From contig OY762654.1 in NCBI GenBank assembly GCA_963666205.1, positions 1,024,001 to 1,088,000 of the forward strand: DNA of 64,000 nt. Direction: 5' to 3'. This DNA comes from Synergistales bacterium (lineage in GTDB: Bacteria > Synergistota > Synergistia > Synergistales > JAFGMB01). A program made the translations under genes and the position numbers. This document shows, in pieces, positions 42,419-53,328 of the stretch. The notes beneath the pieces were generated by a model that did no database searches, was not told the origin of the DNA, and saw only the letters and a list, made by a program, of their open reading frames with translations. Position 1 is the stretch's first letter; each line of letters begins with the position of its first letter.

Positions 42419-43339
42419 TTGCTCATGCCCAGAACCTTCATAAAATCACCAAAGAATCATAAAAGTCTAATCGCTATGCTTTTCAGCTATATAAAACCTT
42501 CTATTTGGCATATTTGCGAAATGCTACCAGATAGACTTTTTATTTCGCTTATATTTAGGAAGTCAATGGGTTATTTTCCGAACTTAAATCAACCCAAAAC
42601 ATATAACGAAAAGATTCAATGGTTAAAGTTAAATGACCGGAAACCTGAATATCATGAGATGGTTGATAAATACGAGGTTAGGAAGTTTGTTTCAGAAAGA
42701 ATAGGAAGCAAATATTTAATTGACTTGTATGGGTTATATAACTCTTCTGAAGAAATAGATTTTTGCCAGTTACCCAACCAATTCGTTATGAAATCGACAC
42801 ATGGCTCTCATTCAGTCTACATTTGCAAGAATAAAACTGAAGAGGATTACAACAAGATAAGAAATTTGAGCAAAGATTGGTTTAATCAAGACATTTATAC
42901 AAGATATAGAGAATGGGCCTACAAAGGTCTTAAAAAAAGAATAATTGCGGAAAAGTTATTAGTCGATTCAGAAGGGAAAACCCCAGATGATTATAAAATA
43001 ATGTGTTTTAATGGAAAACCAATGGTAATACAACATCATCAGAATCGTTTTGGGAACTATACCTTGGATTATTATGATTGTAATTGGAAACGATTAAGTG
43101 TTTATAGACCATATGCCCCAAATTCTTCGAACCCCAAACCTAAACCAATCAATCTAGAGAATATGGTGAACATAGCTAAATCTCTATCCAAAGGAATCAA
43201 GTTCGTTAGGGTAGATCTTTACAATTTAGGAGGAATAATTAAGTTTGGGGAAATGACTTTTTATCCAACAAGCGGTCTGACCCCATTAGAACCACCAGAA
43301 TGGGATATCTTATGGGGACAGTTAATTGATATTAGTTAA
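42419..43339 (+). CDS. TupA-like ATP-grasp protein
   Basis: NEKIQWLKL, VDKYEVR, KSTHGS, DYKIMCFNG, FVRVDLY, FGEMTFYP. Confidence 0.88.
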   Translation: MLMPRTFIKSPKNHKSLIAMLFSYIKPSIWHICEMLPDRLFISLIFRKSMGYFPNLNQPKTYNEKIQWLKLNDRKPEYHEMVDKYEVRKFVSERIGSKYLIDLYGLYNSSEEIDFCQLPNQFVMKSTHGSHSVYICKNKTEEDYNKIRNLSKDWFNQDIYTRYREWAYKGLKKRIIAEKLLVDSEGKTPDDYKIMCFNGKPMVIQHHQNRFGNYTLDYYDCNWKRLSVYRPYAPNSSNPKPKPINLENMVNIAKSLSKGIKFVRVDLYNLGGIIKFGEMTFYPTSGLTPLEPPEWDILWGQLIDIS

Positions 43340-43371
43340 TGGTCCCTTCTCAAAATTCAGAAGGGACCATT
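43338..43371 (+). terminator. Hairpin immediately after tupA-like stop
   Basis: AATGGTCCCTTCT-N8-AGAAGGGACCATT. Confidence 0.55.
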
Positions 43372-43372
43372 G

Positions 43373-43467
43373 TTGATGCCATACTTCTTGTATATGGAAG
43401 CGGGAGAGTTGCTTTATGCTTCAGCAATAATAGCCACCTTTTGATCTTGATTATAGTTTCGTAACTG
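43373..43467 (-). pseudogene. Possible transposase HTH (OrfA) fragment
   Basis: Translates QLRNYNQDQKVAIIAEA*SNSPASIYKKYGI, resembling an HTH_Tnp_1 N-terminus with an internal stop. Confidence 0.35.
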
Positions 43468-43663
43468 TAGCCTTGTTGGCCTTATTATAATTTTTCGAAT
43501 GATTTAGTACAACTCTTCTGGTGATCAGGAAGTATCAGTAATTATCAACTTCGAAATACATTTTTTCTTGAAAGCATAAGGATTCACAAAGATTTGACAT
43601 TCGAGAATTAGCTAATCAGCACTTCCTCATGTATAGGAAGCTTACCGAGAGGAGTAAGACGAA

Positions 43664-44995
43664 ATGGTAATATCCCTTTTCCAGAATTGTATAGTTTTAT
43701 TATGGTTTTCAATTGGTATATACCAGGTATACACAGGAAACAAGAACTTTTTACTTATTGGAATGCTAATAAGTTTAATTATCCCTAGATTTGTGTTAAA
43801 CGCAAATATAAAGATACCACCGCATTATTTCGTTTTTTTGCTCCTGGCAATCTGGACATTTTTCAATTTCATAATAAAAAAACAAAAAACCTCATTAGAG
43901 ATAGGATTTTTCATATTACCAATAACATATTTTTTCTTATTATGCCTTGTTTTTACAGGTTCATTAAATGGAATTTTATCAGTGGAACAAAGAGAATTTT
44001 TTGGAGCATCTCTATTTGGCCTGTTCATCTTTGTAGTAGAATTATTGTTATTTTCCTTATTTATATCCGAGTTTAGGCATCAGTATTATTGTCTGGTTAA
44101 ATCAATAGATATTATTTTTTTTACTTTGGTACTAGCCAATTTAGGCACTGCTATTTTTCAACTGTTTTTTGGCCAAATTAATATTTTCCAAAACCTTTAC
44201 AGCAGTCAGACTAATAATGTATTAGGTATAATGAGTAGAATGGGTGGTTTCCACAGAGCTACAGGCCTATTTCCAAGTCCCGTTAACCTAGGCGTTTTTA
44301 CGCTGCTAAGTTTTGCATATTTTATATATAGAAAGCAGTTTTATATCTCCTTATTATCTTGCTCTTTAGGTATATTGGCAGCTAGCAAAACCGCCATCAT
44401 TGGAATTCCTTGTCTCTCAATCCTTGTCTTGGTATTTATTTCCATAAAAAAAGTAACTACATTCACCACAAAAAAAAGCTCGATTAGATTTGCTATCTTT
44501 CTCAGTTTTACTTGCCCCATTTTATTAGTCTTAATTTATTTTTTGGGCCAAAGCAAGGGTGTGTATATAAATTATTACTTGAAATATTTAATAAAACCTT
44601 TCGATGCACTACATAGTCGATACACTGGTGACATCACTTTTCTAAAAATAACATATGAATCAATTAAACAACATTGGCTAATAGGATCAGGCTTTACATT
44701 TCTCCCGAGAGAAAATCTTGGTGACTCCATGTATATTTTTTGGTTGAAAACAACTGGTATTCTTGGTATGTGCATATTATTTACAGGCATTCTCACTCTG
44801 TTACACCATTTTCTCAACGGGGAAACCGGGATATTGATTTTTATTCTAGCTTTCCTGTTTAGTGGACTTGCACTTACTAATACAGATTTTTTTAGTAATT
44901 CAATTATGTCAGCCCTACTCGTAACAAGCAGTTCTAATAAACATAAAAACCTGCTTACAAACATTCATGTTGTTACGACATCTGATCAAAATTAG
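43664..44995 (+). CDS. Wzy-like polysaccharide polymerase
   Basis: ~11 TMs, RATGLFPSPVNLG, low GC, position in the cluster. Confidence 0.7.
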   Translation: MVISLFQNCIVLLWFSIGIYQVYTGNKNFLLIGMLISLIIPRFVLNANIKIPPHYFVFLLLAIWTFFNFIIKKQKTSLEIGFFILPITYFFLLCLVFTGSLNGILSVEQREFFGASLFGLFIFVVELLLFSLFISEFRHQYYCLVKSIDIIFFTLVLANLGTAIFQLFFGQINIFQNLYSSQTNNVLGIMSRMGGFHRATGLFPSPVNLGVFTLLSFAYFIYRKQFYISLLSCSLGILAASKTAIIGIPCLSILVLVFISIKKVTTFTTKKSSIRFAIFLSFTCPILLVLIYFLGQSKGVYINYYLKYLIKPFDALHSRYTGDITFLKITYESIKQHWLIGSGFTFLPRENLGDSMYIFWLKTTGILGMCILFTGILTLLHHFLNGETGILIFILAFLFSGLALTNTDFFSNSIMSALLVTSSSNKHKNLLTNIHVVTTSDQN

Positions 44996-45109
44996 ACATG
45001 CTTTAAACAATACCAAATATATTTAATTATTTATTAATATTTTTTCATAGATTTATCTGAACACAATATCTTATTGAACAAGTGACAAACAGGGGATATC
45101 TATTTCTAA

Positions 45110-46118
45110 TGACCTGCTCCCAGAAAAGTGGTCCAGTTGAAATGCGAGAAAGTTGCTAAAATTGGGCCCCTCGAGAAGGAATATTCATGAAGAAGAGATT
45201 TTGGAGAGGAATAGATCGTCTCCATATTGAAAGAACACAAAACAGGAATACCCGGTAAAGAGCTGGCAAGATACGGATTCAGTGAAAGACGGACGTGCGG
45301 GCTACTGAAAATACACTGAACGACATTGAGATACAACAGCAGGAAAGACAGGCAGGATGGACAGGAAAGGACAAGGTTTAAAGAACTCCCCTAGTATGGA
45401 AACGCGATCACTACATAAGGCTTCATACCCTGATTTACAGGTAAGGTTATGAGATAAACCATAAGAAGGGTGACCGGCTGTACTGTGAGGAAGATCTCAG
45501 GTTCAGGAAGAGAAGGAAGAAACGGTTGGCAAGACCACGATTATCAGAACCACTCGTTCTGGATAGAGCCAACCAGAGATGGTCGTTGGATTTTGTTTCC
45601 CATAACACAGCCATAGGGAGCAGGATCAGGATATTGACAGTAATAGATACATTTACGAGAAAATATCTTGCACTGGAAATGGAAACATACATAAGGAGAA
45701 GCCGTGTTTCCACGGTATTGGACCGGATAAGTATGAAGAGAGGTTATCCTGAAGAGATCCTTACCGACAAGGGACCAGAATTCACAAGTAAAGTAATGGA
45801 TGCCTGGGCTTATATCAGAGGAATAACCCACAGGTTTATAGAACCTGAGAAACCGTCACAGAACGGATATAGAGAGTTTCAACGGTAAGTTACGTTATGA
45901 ATGTCTAAACGAACAATGGTTTTTTAACCTTAAAGATACCATGAATATCATTGGCGAATGGAAGAAGACCTATAACGCGGAAAGACGTGACAACTTATTT
46001 GATAATATGACACCGTCGGAATTTGCTAAGAAAATAACGGTAAAAGAAGAAGCCCTCTGTGCTTAAAGATGTCAGGAAACTCGCATAGAAACTGGACCTA
46101 ATGCAGGAGGACAGGTCA
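45110..46118 (+). mobile_element. Degenerate IS3-family (IS407-like) element
   Basis: Imperfect terminal IRs TGACCTGCTCCC..GGTCCAGTT and AACTGGACC..GGACAGGTCA; frameshifted OrfA from 45188 (MKKRF..IVSILKEH) and OrfB relic (NQRWSLDFV, LTVIDTFTR, TDKGPEF, P.QNGY). Confidence 0.85.
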
Positions 46119-46347
46119 GGTCATCAAGAGGAGAATCTAAAATGAGAAGATTCTCTATTATTAGTCGATTTTTTATTCCTTCTGAATTCGCTCTGAAATA
46201 TGAAGGGGGAAAAGAAGTCACTGTTACATAGCAAGAATAAGAAACTTGTATCTATACTTACTTAAACATAAAAAGCAGATAATAGTGGCATGTCTCTTGC
46301 ATTATCTAATATCTAAGAAATAATATTTATCCTACAAATCGAAAGAG

Positions 46348-47613
46348 TTGACAAATTTAATGAAAAAGCTATCAAGTTTTTTGAAGATACGAAAAACTTT
46401 TATTTTATATGCATTACTTAAACTATTAATAATGGTTCTAGGCTTAATTACAAATATCTTCATTGTTAGGAAATTAAGCGTTAATGATTATGGAGTATTT
46501 TCAGTTGCACTTATGTTAATTGGCTTAATAACAACATTTGGATTTAGCTGGAGTTCGTCCTCGATACTGTATTATGGGAGCAAAGAAAAAACTAGGTATG
46601 GAAATATAAATAAGACATTTTGGACTAGGAACATAATTATATTTTTCAGCTTAATCATAATTACTACTATATTTATCTTATATTGGGAACAAATTAATAA
46701 TTACATAGGAATGAGAGTTTCTTTTGTAATACTAATTTGGCTATATGTAAGTGTCACAGAAGATTACTTAAGTCAATATTTTCTAGCTGTTAAAAGACAA
46801 TTATTGTCCAGCATGCTTTCGGTTACAGCAAAGATTATTTATATTGTTTTGATAATATTTATCCCATTTGATTTAGTTACACTTATCAAACTTAACATTA
46901 TCAGTCATGCTACAGTATTATTGTATATTTTTGGAATAAACAGAAAAGATGTAGGACGTTTTGATTTCGATAAAGAGTGGTTTAAAGAAGTGCTAAACTT
47001 TTCTTTGTGGCAATTATTTGGTTTTTCTGGGCTTTACCTGATAAATTTTGGTGATACGGCAGTTATAAAGTATTTTATGACAACTGAAGACGTAGGTATA
47101 TATAACGCTGCATATAAATTATTCATCGCAGTTGCTGGATTTGCATTTGTTATTTCTAGTTATTATGCATCCAACGTGTCAGAGTACTTTGTTAAAAATG
47201 AGCATGAAAAAATAAAGAACTTTTATTATCGAGAAAGGTTTTATATTTTTGCCCTAAGTACAATATTACATATTTTAGTCATGATTTTTGCTAAGCCTAT
47301 TATTTCAACTTTATACGGTGAAAGATATATTCAATCTGTGCCAATATTTAACATACTTATGGTCGGTAGTATGGCAAGATACTTCTCAGTGTTTTACATG
47401 TTATATTTCAACACAAATGGGAAATATAGAATCCAACAAGGCATTAATATTCTAAGAGCACTATTGAATCTGGTTTTAGATGTCATATTTATTAATATAT
47501 TTGGACTTATTGGACCAGCTTTAGCTACTACAATAGCAATCATAATCTCATTTATTTTTTCAATGGCTTACTGCGAAAAACAAATAATTACAAGCTCTCA
47601 GGGAGGGGAATAG
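46348..47613 (+). CDS. wzx: Wzx oligosaccharide flippase
   Basis: ~12 TMs, LSVNDYGVF, VGIYNAAY, FGLIGPALAT. Confidence 0.8.
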   Translation: MTNLMKKLSSFLKIRKTFILYALLKLLIMVLGLITNIFIVRKLSVNDYGVFSVALMLIGLITTFGFSWSSSSILYYGSKEKTRYGNINKTFWTRNIIIFFSLIIITTIFILYWEQINNYIGMRVSFVILIWLYVSVTEDYLSQYFLAVKRQLLSSMLSVTAKIIYIVLIIFIPFDLVTLIKLNIISHATVLLYIFGINRKDVGRFDFDKEWFKEVLNFSLWQLFGFSGLYLINFGDTAVIKYFMTTEDVGIYNAAYKLFIAVAGFAFVISSYYASNVSEYFVKNEHEKIKNFYYRERFYIFALSTILHILVMIFAKPIISTLYGERYIQSVPIFNILMVGSMARYFSVFYMLYFNTNGKYRIQQGINILRALLNLVLDVIFINIFGLIGPALATTIAIIISFIFSMAYCEKQIITSSQGGE

Positions 47614-48542
47614 TGAACACATCTTTAAGAGAATTGTTAAAGAATAGTGATTTGATAGTCAACCTATATGATTTCATACAAGAATTGTATTATAAACATT
47701 TCATCTCAGATGTTGGCTTAATTAAAAAAAGATTTAAAGAATCAGTCGGCAGGGAAGTAGAGCTTAACAATCCCATTAGATTTACAGACAAACAACAGTG
47801 GTTAAAGTTGAATTGGTATGATCCTTTAGCAGTAAAGTGCGCGGATAAGTATGCAGTAAGAGAATTTATAAAAGAAAGGATAGGGCAAAAATATTTAAAT
47901 GACCTGTACGGAATTTATGAATCAGTCAATGACATTGATATAGATAAATTACCTAATGCATTTGTTCTAAAGGGAACTCATGGTTCAGGTTTCAACATTA
48001 TCTGTAAAGATAAAACCCAAATGAATTGGCATGAAGAATTCAAAAAGATAAAAAGATGGCTTAAGAAAAATTATTATTGGCAAAACCGTGAATGGGTGTA
48101 CAAGAACATTAAACCTCGAATCGTCTGTGAGAAATATTTAACGGAGGAGAATTACTACAATAGCCTAACTGATTACAAAATATATTGTTTTAATGGAATA
48201 CCAAAATATTGTCAAGTAATTAGAGGACGAGGAGTTAATGAAACAATAGATTTTTATGATACTGAATGGGGTCATATGCCTTTTACAGGGTTAAGACCAT
48301 TGACTATGTCAGATAAAAACTACACAAAACCTAAAAAATATGAAAAGATGCTCGATCTAGCAAAAAGATTATCCGAAAACTTTCCATTTGTACGAGTAGA
48401 TTTTTATTATATTAAAGATAAGATTTATTTTGGAGAATTAACATTCTTCCCACTTAGTGGAATAGGGAGATTTGAACCACCAGAGTGGGATTTAATCGTT
48501 GGAAATCTGTTACAACTCCAAAAGCTCGATAAGTCGGGCTAG
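47613..48542 (+). CDS. TupA-like ATP-grasp protein, second paralog
   Basis: QWLKL, ADKYAVR, KGTHGSG, DYKIYCFNG, FVRVDFY, FGELTFFP. Confidence 0.88.
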   Translation: MNTSLRELLKNSDLIVNLYDFIQELYYKHFISDVGLIKKRFKESVGREVELNNPIRFTDKQQWLKLNWYDPLAVKCADKYAVREFIKERIGQKYLNDLYGIYESVNDIDIDKLPNAFVLKGTHGSGFNIICKDKTQMNWHEEFKKIKRWLKKNYYWQNREWVYKNIKPRIVCEKYLTEENYYNSLTDYKIYCFNGIPKYCQVIRGRGVNETIDFYDTEWGHMPFTGLRPLTMSDKNYTKPKKYEKMLDLAKRLSENFPFVRVDFYYIKDKIYFGELTFFPLSGIGRFEPPEWDLIVGNLLQLQKLDKSG

Positions 48543-48669
48543 TGTTTAAGATGTTAGCACAAATGGGTTCAGGCCTTGCATGAACAGTTTGACACAAGAA
48601 TTGGGGTCTACTATTGAAATCGTAGATAATTGTAGCCCCAGGTGATACCCCGGAAAAGGACTTAACTAC

Positions 48670-49533
48670 ATGAGAGATTATTTGCAGTTGATGAGAATCC
48701 AACAGTGGATGAAGAACCTTTTTATTTTCACTCCAGTAATATTTGCATTTCAGCTTTTTGATCTGCCTTCCCTTTTTTCAGCACTAGTAGCCTTTATTTC
48801 CTTTTCTCTTACCGCGAGCAGCCTGTATATTTATAACGACATTCATGATATACAGATGGACAAGCTTCATCCCCGAAAAAGATCCCGTCCCATTGCCTCA
48901 GGGAAAATAGATATTAAGCAGGCGCACAGGATCTCTGTAGTCCTTGCCGTTAGCGGCCTTGCTCTCGCAACTTTCCTTGGTGCAGGCTGCATGGCCGTTA
49001 TTCTTGTTTATCTCGTGATAAATATTGCCTATACTTTGAAGCTGAAACATATAGCCCTTATTGACATTTTCTGCATAGCCACAGGGTTTGTGCTGAGAAT
49101 ATTAATGGGAGGTTATGCAACTTCCATAGCCCTGTCTCAATGGATAATAGTGATCACCTTTCTCCTTGCTGTTTTCCTTGCCCTTTCGAAGCGAAGAGAT
49201 GACATGCTCATCTTCATCAATGGGGGAAAGGTGCGAAAATCCATTGAGGGTTACAACATCAAAATGATAGACTATGCCATGGCAATTTCAGCTGCAATGG
49301 TTCTGGCTGCTTACCTGATGTATTGCATCTCGCCAGAAGTTACATCCAGAATAGGCAGCTCATACGTATATATTACTTTCCCCTTTGTTCTCCTGGGACT
49401 GATGAGGTATCTTCAGATCACTTTTGTACTTGAAGATTCCGGTTGTCCTACGGAGATACTTCTGAAGGACAGATTTATACAGTCTACCCTGGTCGGCTGG
49501 CTTATGACTTTTCTTTTACTCATATATAAATAG
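48670..49533 (+). CDS. UbiA-family polyprenyl-phosphate phosphoribosyltransferase
   Basis: RIQQWMKN, YIYNDIHD..DKLHPRKRSRPIASG, LALSKR. Confidence 0.82.
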   Translation: MRDYLQLMRIQQWMKNLFIFTPVIFAFQLFDLPSLFSALVAFISFSLTASSLYIYNDIHDIQMDKLHPRKRSRPIASGKIDIKQAHRISVVLAVSGLALATFLGAGCMAVILVYLVINIAYTLKLKHIALIDIFCIATGFVLRILMGGYATSIALSQWIIVITFLLAVFLALSKRRDDMLIFINGGKVRKSIEGYNIKMIDYAMAISAAMVLAAYLMYCISPEVTSRIGSSYVYITFPFVLLGLMRYLQITFVLEDSGCPTEILLKDRFIQSTLVGWLMTFLLLIYK

Positions 49534-49554
49534 GTTTTACCTGGAGGATCCTTA

Positions 49555-49929
49555 ATGATAGACAGATTTGCATTTACCATTCTCTGCGGAGCCATCTTTT
49601 TTAATGCAGCTGCAAACATTCTGATAAAGTTGGGGATGCTCAACAAGGCAGACCTCTTTGATGATGGTTCGATCAGCGCTTTTGCAAGGATCCTGACAAA
49701 CCCCTTTGCCTTAATGGGCATTACGAGTTTTGGTATAGCCTTTGTGCTTTACAGCGGGGTTTTGTCGAAACTGGACCTTTCCATAGCTTACCCGATCATG
49801 ACAGGTGTGGGATTTCTCCTGGTTCTCCTGGCTTCTATTCTGTTCTTCAGAGAACAGGTTAATATTTACAGGCTCGCAGGCAGTATGGCAATTATCCTCG
49901 GGATCTGCCTGATATACATTAAGGGATAG
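49555..49929 (+). CDS. SMR/EamA small membrane protein (ArnE/F-like flippase candidate)
   Basis: 4 TMs, [11 protein letters not shown]. Confidence 0.75.
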   Translation: MIDRFAFTILCGAIFFNAAANILIKLGMLNKADLFDDGSISAFARILTNPFALMGITSFGIAFVLYSGVLSKLDLSIAYPIMTGVGFLLVLLASILFFREQVNIYRLAGSMAIILGICLIYIKG

Positions 49930-49966
49930 GTCTTACTCTATATTTCGAAGAAGGTGTTCCTGCGAA

Positions 49967-51013
49967 ATGGCAGATAAAAGGGTACTTGTTACCGGCGGCT
50001 CAGGTTTTTTGGGCATAAATCTTATTCGGCACCTTTTTGAACAGGGATACGACATTTCAGTAATTGACTTTGCCCCCTTCACTTATGAAGACTGTAAAGG
50101 CCGGATCAGGATGATAGATGGTGACATCCGGGACATTGAAAAGGTCATGGAAGCTATGGCAGATGTGGATATGGTTGTTCACTGCGCGGCAGCCCTGCCC
50201 CTCTACAGCGAGGAAGACATATTATCCACCGACGTGCAGGGAACCAGAAATCTTATTTCCACGGCTCACAGTTATGGGATTAAGAGGTTCGTTCATATTT
50301 CATCCACGGCTGTTTACGGAGTTCCAGACACCCACCCCATATACGAATATCACCCTGTGGTCGGCGTTGGCCCTTATGGAAAGGCAAAGATCCGGGCCGA
50401 AGAGATATGCCGGGAGTTTCGCAGAGAAGGAATGACCGTACCTGTTATCAGGCCTAAATCATTCGTCGGGCCCGAAAGGCTGGGCGTATTTGCCATGCTC
50501 TACGACTGGGCTTATACGGGTCATAACTTCCCTATCCTGGGCAAGGGAAATAACCTTTACCAGCTTATGGATGTTGCTGACCTTTGTAGAGCCATATATT
50601 TTTGCCTCACCCTTCCCGATGATCAGGTAAACGATGAATTCAACATTGGTGCCAGAGAATTCACCACCCTTAAAGAGGATTTTCAGGCTGTTCTGGATGA
50701 GGCAGGTCACAGCAGAAAAATGATATCCATTCCAGTTAGACCAGCTATAGCGATCTTGAAACTTCTGGAAAAGATGGGCATGTCTCCCCTTTATGGATGG
50801 ATCTATGACACCGTGTTCAGGGAATCCTTTGTATCCATAGAAAGGGCCGAACAAAAACTGGGCTTCAACCCCAAATACTCCAATAAGGAAGCTCTGGTCA
50901 GAAATTATCGCTGGTATGTTGACCATCTGGACGATTTTAAGGGAGAGGCCGGTGTTTCACACAGGGTTCCATGGAAACAGGGGGCATTGAAAATTGCTAA
51001 ACTTTTCTTTTAA
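49967..51013 (+). CDS. NAD-dependent epimerase/dehydratase
   Basis: [23 protein letters not shown]. Confidence 0.85.
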   Translation: MADKRVLVTGGSGFLGINLIRHLFEQGYDISVIDFAPFTYEDCKGRIRMIDGDIRDIEKVMEAMADVDMVVHCAAALPLYSEEDILSTDVQGTRNLISTAHSYGIKRFVHISSTAVYGVPDTHPIYEYHPVVGVGPYGKAKIRAEEICREFRREGMTVPVIRPKSFVGPERLGVFAMLYDWAYTGHNFPILGKGNNLYQLMDVADLCRAIYFCLTLPDDQVNDEFNIGAREFTTLKEDFQAVLDEAGHSRKMISIPVRPAIAILKLLEKMGMSPLYGWIYDTVFRESFVSIERAEQKLGFNPKYSNKEALVRNYRWYVDHLDDFKGEAGVSHRVPWKQGALKIAKLFF

Positions 51014-51155
51014 GTCTGAGAGCGACAAGAAGACGGCCATAAGGGATAAAAAGGGGATTCACAACTCGAGTGCGTCAGAAGAACTCGAGTCCATACCGAT
51101 CCAGGAAACGAAGAGAATCTCTTTCGAGAAGGTGGGTTCTTCCATTTCAGTAAGG

Positions 51156-52253
51156 ATGGAAAAGTCAGTTTTTCTGATCCTTTCTCTGGCGGCTTCGGTC
51201 ATTGGCATGTATGTGGATAATCTGGATCTGGCAAATGGTATCACTCCTGTAGGAGATTGGAAATTTGCCCAGTTCGTTCTGTCTTTTCAGGAATGGGGTT
51301 TCTTGAAAAGAGGCGCTGTAGGGTCCCTGATGAAAGGTTTTCATGTACCGGCAACGAATTTATCCGTATTCGCTGTATCCTGCCTGATATTGCCTGGCTT
51401 TATATATTGCTGCATGTCCTATGTATTTTTAAAGAAAGAGCAGTTATCGAAAGATTTTTATTTCTTCTGTCTGCTGATACTGCTGAGCCCTGCTGTTTTC
51501 CTTCAGGCTGGCTATGATCTGGGACGTTATGACTATATCAATTACATTATTTTCTTTCTCTCCCTGCACTTTGCACGAAGAGGCAATATGATAATATGCG
51601 GTCTTCTCTCATCTCTGGCAATTCTTTTTATTCATGAGACTTACATATTTTTATGGTTACCGGTAATTATCTGCTACTTTATTGCTCATGATAAGAATTT
51701 ATGGTTTCGGGTTTTATGTTTTATTGTTATCCCTTCATTCATCGCCCTGATGGTGGTGATAGGATTCGGGGGATTGGACGACCAGGCAATAGTCGCAATT
51801 TATAACAAATATCCGGTTTTAGGAATGGGAAACACTCCTTCTTCTCCACTTTATGTCTGGAAATCGACCTTAATCCAAAACCTGAAGTTTACCCTTGATC
51901 ACTGGTGGAGTGCGAAACAGGTGATCAGATTCTTTATAGGAACAACTTATCCCATATTTGTGTTTGTTTATCTGCGAAAAATATACAAAGCGAATTCATT
52001 GGCGATTGACCTGTTCCTGTTATCTCCTTTTTTCTGTATTCCCTTATTTTTCGTAGGTATTGACTTTTATCGATGGATGGCAATACTTTCCTTCAACCTG
52101 ATCATTGTGGGTATTGAAAGATTAGATATGCATCAAAAAGCAACTGCCCGCCCTTTGAACATTCCACACTCTAAAAAACTCTACCTGGTTCTGATATTTT
52201 TCTTTCTGACCGGCCCTTTGGGAATTGACTGCCCATTCCCACTGCTGTTCTAA
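51156..52253 (+). CDS. Polytopic membrane protein, possible GT-C glycosyltransferase (ORF open from 50994)
   Basis: WGFLKRG, GRYD, IHE, GIDFYRW; ~10 TMs; start uncertain. Confidence 0.55.
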   Translation: MEKSVFLILSLAASVIGMYVDNLDLANGITPVGDWKFAQFVLSFQEWGFLKRGAVGSLMKGFHVPATNLSVFAVSCLILPGFIYCCMSYVFLKKEQLSKDFYFFCLLILLSPAVFLQAGYDLGRYDYINYIIFFLSLHFARRGNMIICGLLSSLAILFIHETYIFLWLPVIICYFIAHDKNLWFRVLCFIVIPSFIALMVVIGFGGLDDQAIVAIYNKYPVLGMGNTPSSPLYVWKSTLIQNLKFTLDHWWSAKQVIRFFIGTTYPIFVFVYLRKIYKANSLAIDLFLLSPFFCIPLFFVGIDFYRWMAILSFNLIIVGIERLDMHQKATARPLNIPHSKKLYLVLIFFFLTGPLGIDCPFPLLF

Positions 52254-52268
52254 ACAGCACCTTAATAA

Positions 52269-53270
52269 AATGGGGTCAGACCTTGATTTTAACCGTATGT
52301 ATTCAGTATTATGTAAATATTTTAGCCCTGCGAAAACCATGAAACCATAAAATCCAACCATCACCCTTTCTCACCACGGAGGTCACGGAGGAAGTTCGGA
52401 GGAAACACTGGAGCAAGACCAAAAGACATATTTTACCGCAGGGACTCTCCGAGTCCGCGCAGAGGCCGCAGAGAGGAGCACGCAGAGGGGATCGTTATCC
52501 TTTAACCCAGGACATCTGAGCAATCTGGAGCCATTGCTCATCTCGCAATAATAAATTTCCAGGCAAAATATAGATATTTCCCCTGTTCATTGTTTTATTG
52601 CCTTGAAAAATATACTTCATATTTTTCATTATTGTCCTAGGCTTTCAAATGCAAGGAGATGAAAAAAAATTTAGAAACAGGAGGCTTTGGCAATCTTTCC
52701 CGTGAATTTATCCATTACCTGGAAAATGATTTCATCATTTTCCTAATGTCCCGGGTTTTCAAGAAAACCTATTTACAAAGGAAAACTACAGGGACCATTA
52801 CACCCAAACCATAAATCCTGGGTGGTTAATGAACCCATGACATCTTCCAAGGGCATTTCGATGCGTTGAAGTCCGCCGCAAATCCGTCAAAGATCTTCCA
52901 AAAACTTAAAGCAGGATGGCCGGACATTCTGCCCTTTCATATAAAACCGTCAGGCCCGAGTAGTGGCGGACTTTCAGCGCGGGTCTAGAAGATCAAGAAA
53001 TAGGCCACTTTGTCGGCTGCGAAAAATAAGACTAGATTTTTCACGAATAAAACACCGGGAAAAGTTTAAGATGCGCTGAAGCACATCCTATGGATTGCTG
53101 TCGCGTAGGAAGGCACAAACCTTGAGGTAACTGTTCAGGAGTAACATCCTATTTTCGTCCGGACAGACTATCGGTGCGCTGAAGCACACCCTATGACCAA
53201 GGTTTTGGGGAATAAACATAAAAATATTATTGAGCGTTTTGGTGCGCTGAAGCGGCACCCTATGGAGGGA
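52269..53270. repeat. Modular repeat array R12 (partly degenerate)
   Basis: 34-bp element 52269-52302, iterons 52370-52490, GTCCGCC stem, hairpin D' 53017, three REP-like palindromes 53070-53263. Confidence 0.8.
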
Positions 53271-53288
53271 GAACTACGAGAAAAAAAG

Positions 53289-53316
53289 AACCTGCTCCCA
53301 TCGGGGGGAGCAGGTT
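53289..53316 (-). terminator. Intrinsic terminator of etf-lctD operon
   Basis: AACCTGCTCCC-N6-GGGAGCAGGTT with A-run on + strand. Confidence 0.7.
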
Positions 53317-53328
53317 AAAGTCTGGAGT

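Noticed and set aside
45526-45888. Active IS3 transposase as driver of the arrays
   Set aside because: Multiple frameshifts and stops; its IRs are unrelated to the modules.
31456-52302. Tn3-family transposon carrying the cluster
   Set aside because: GGGG ends face inward, and no transposase, resolvase or target duplication was seen.
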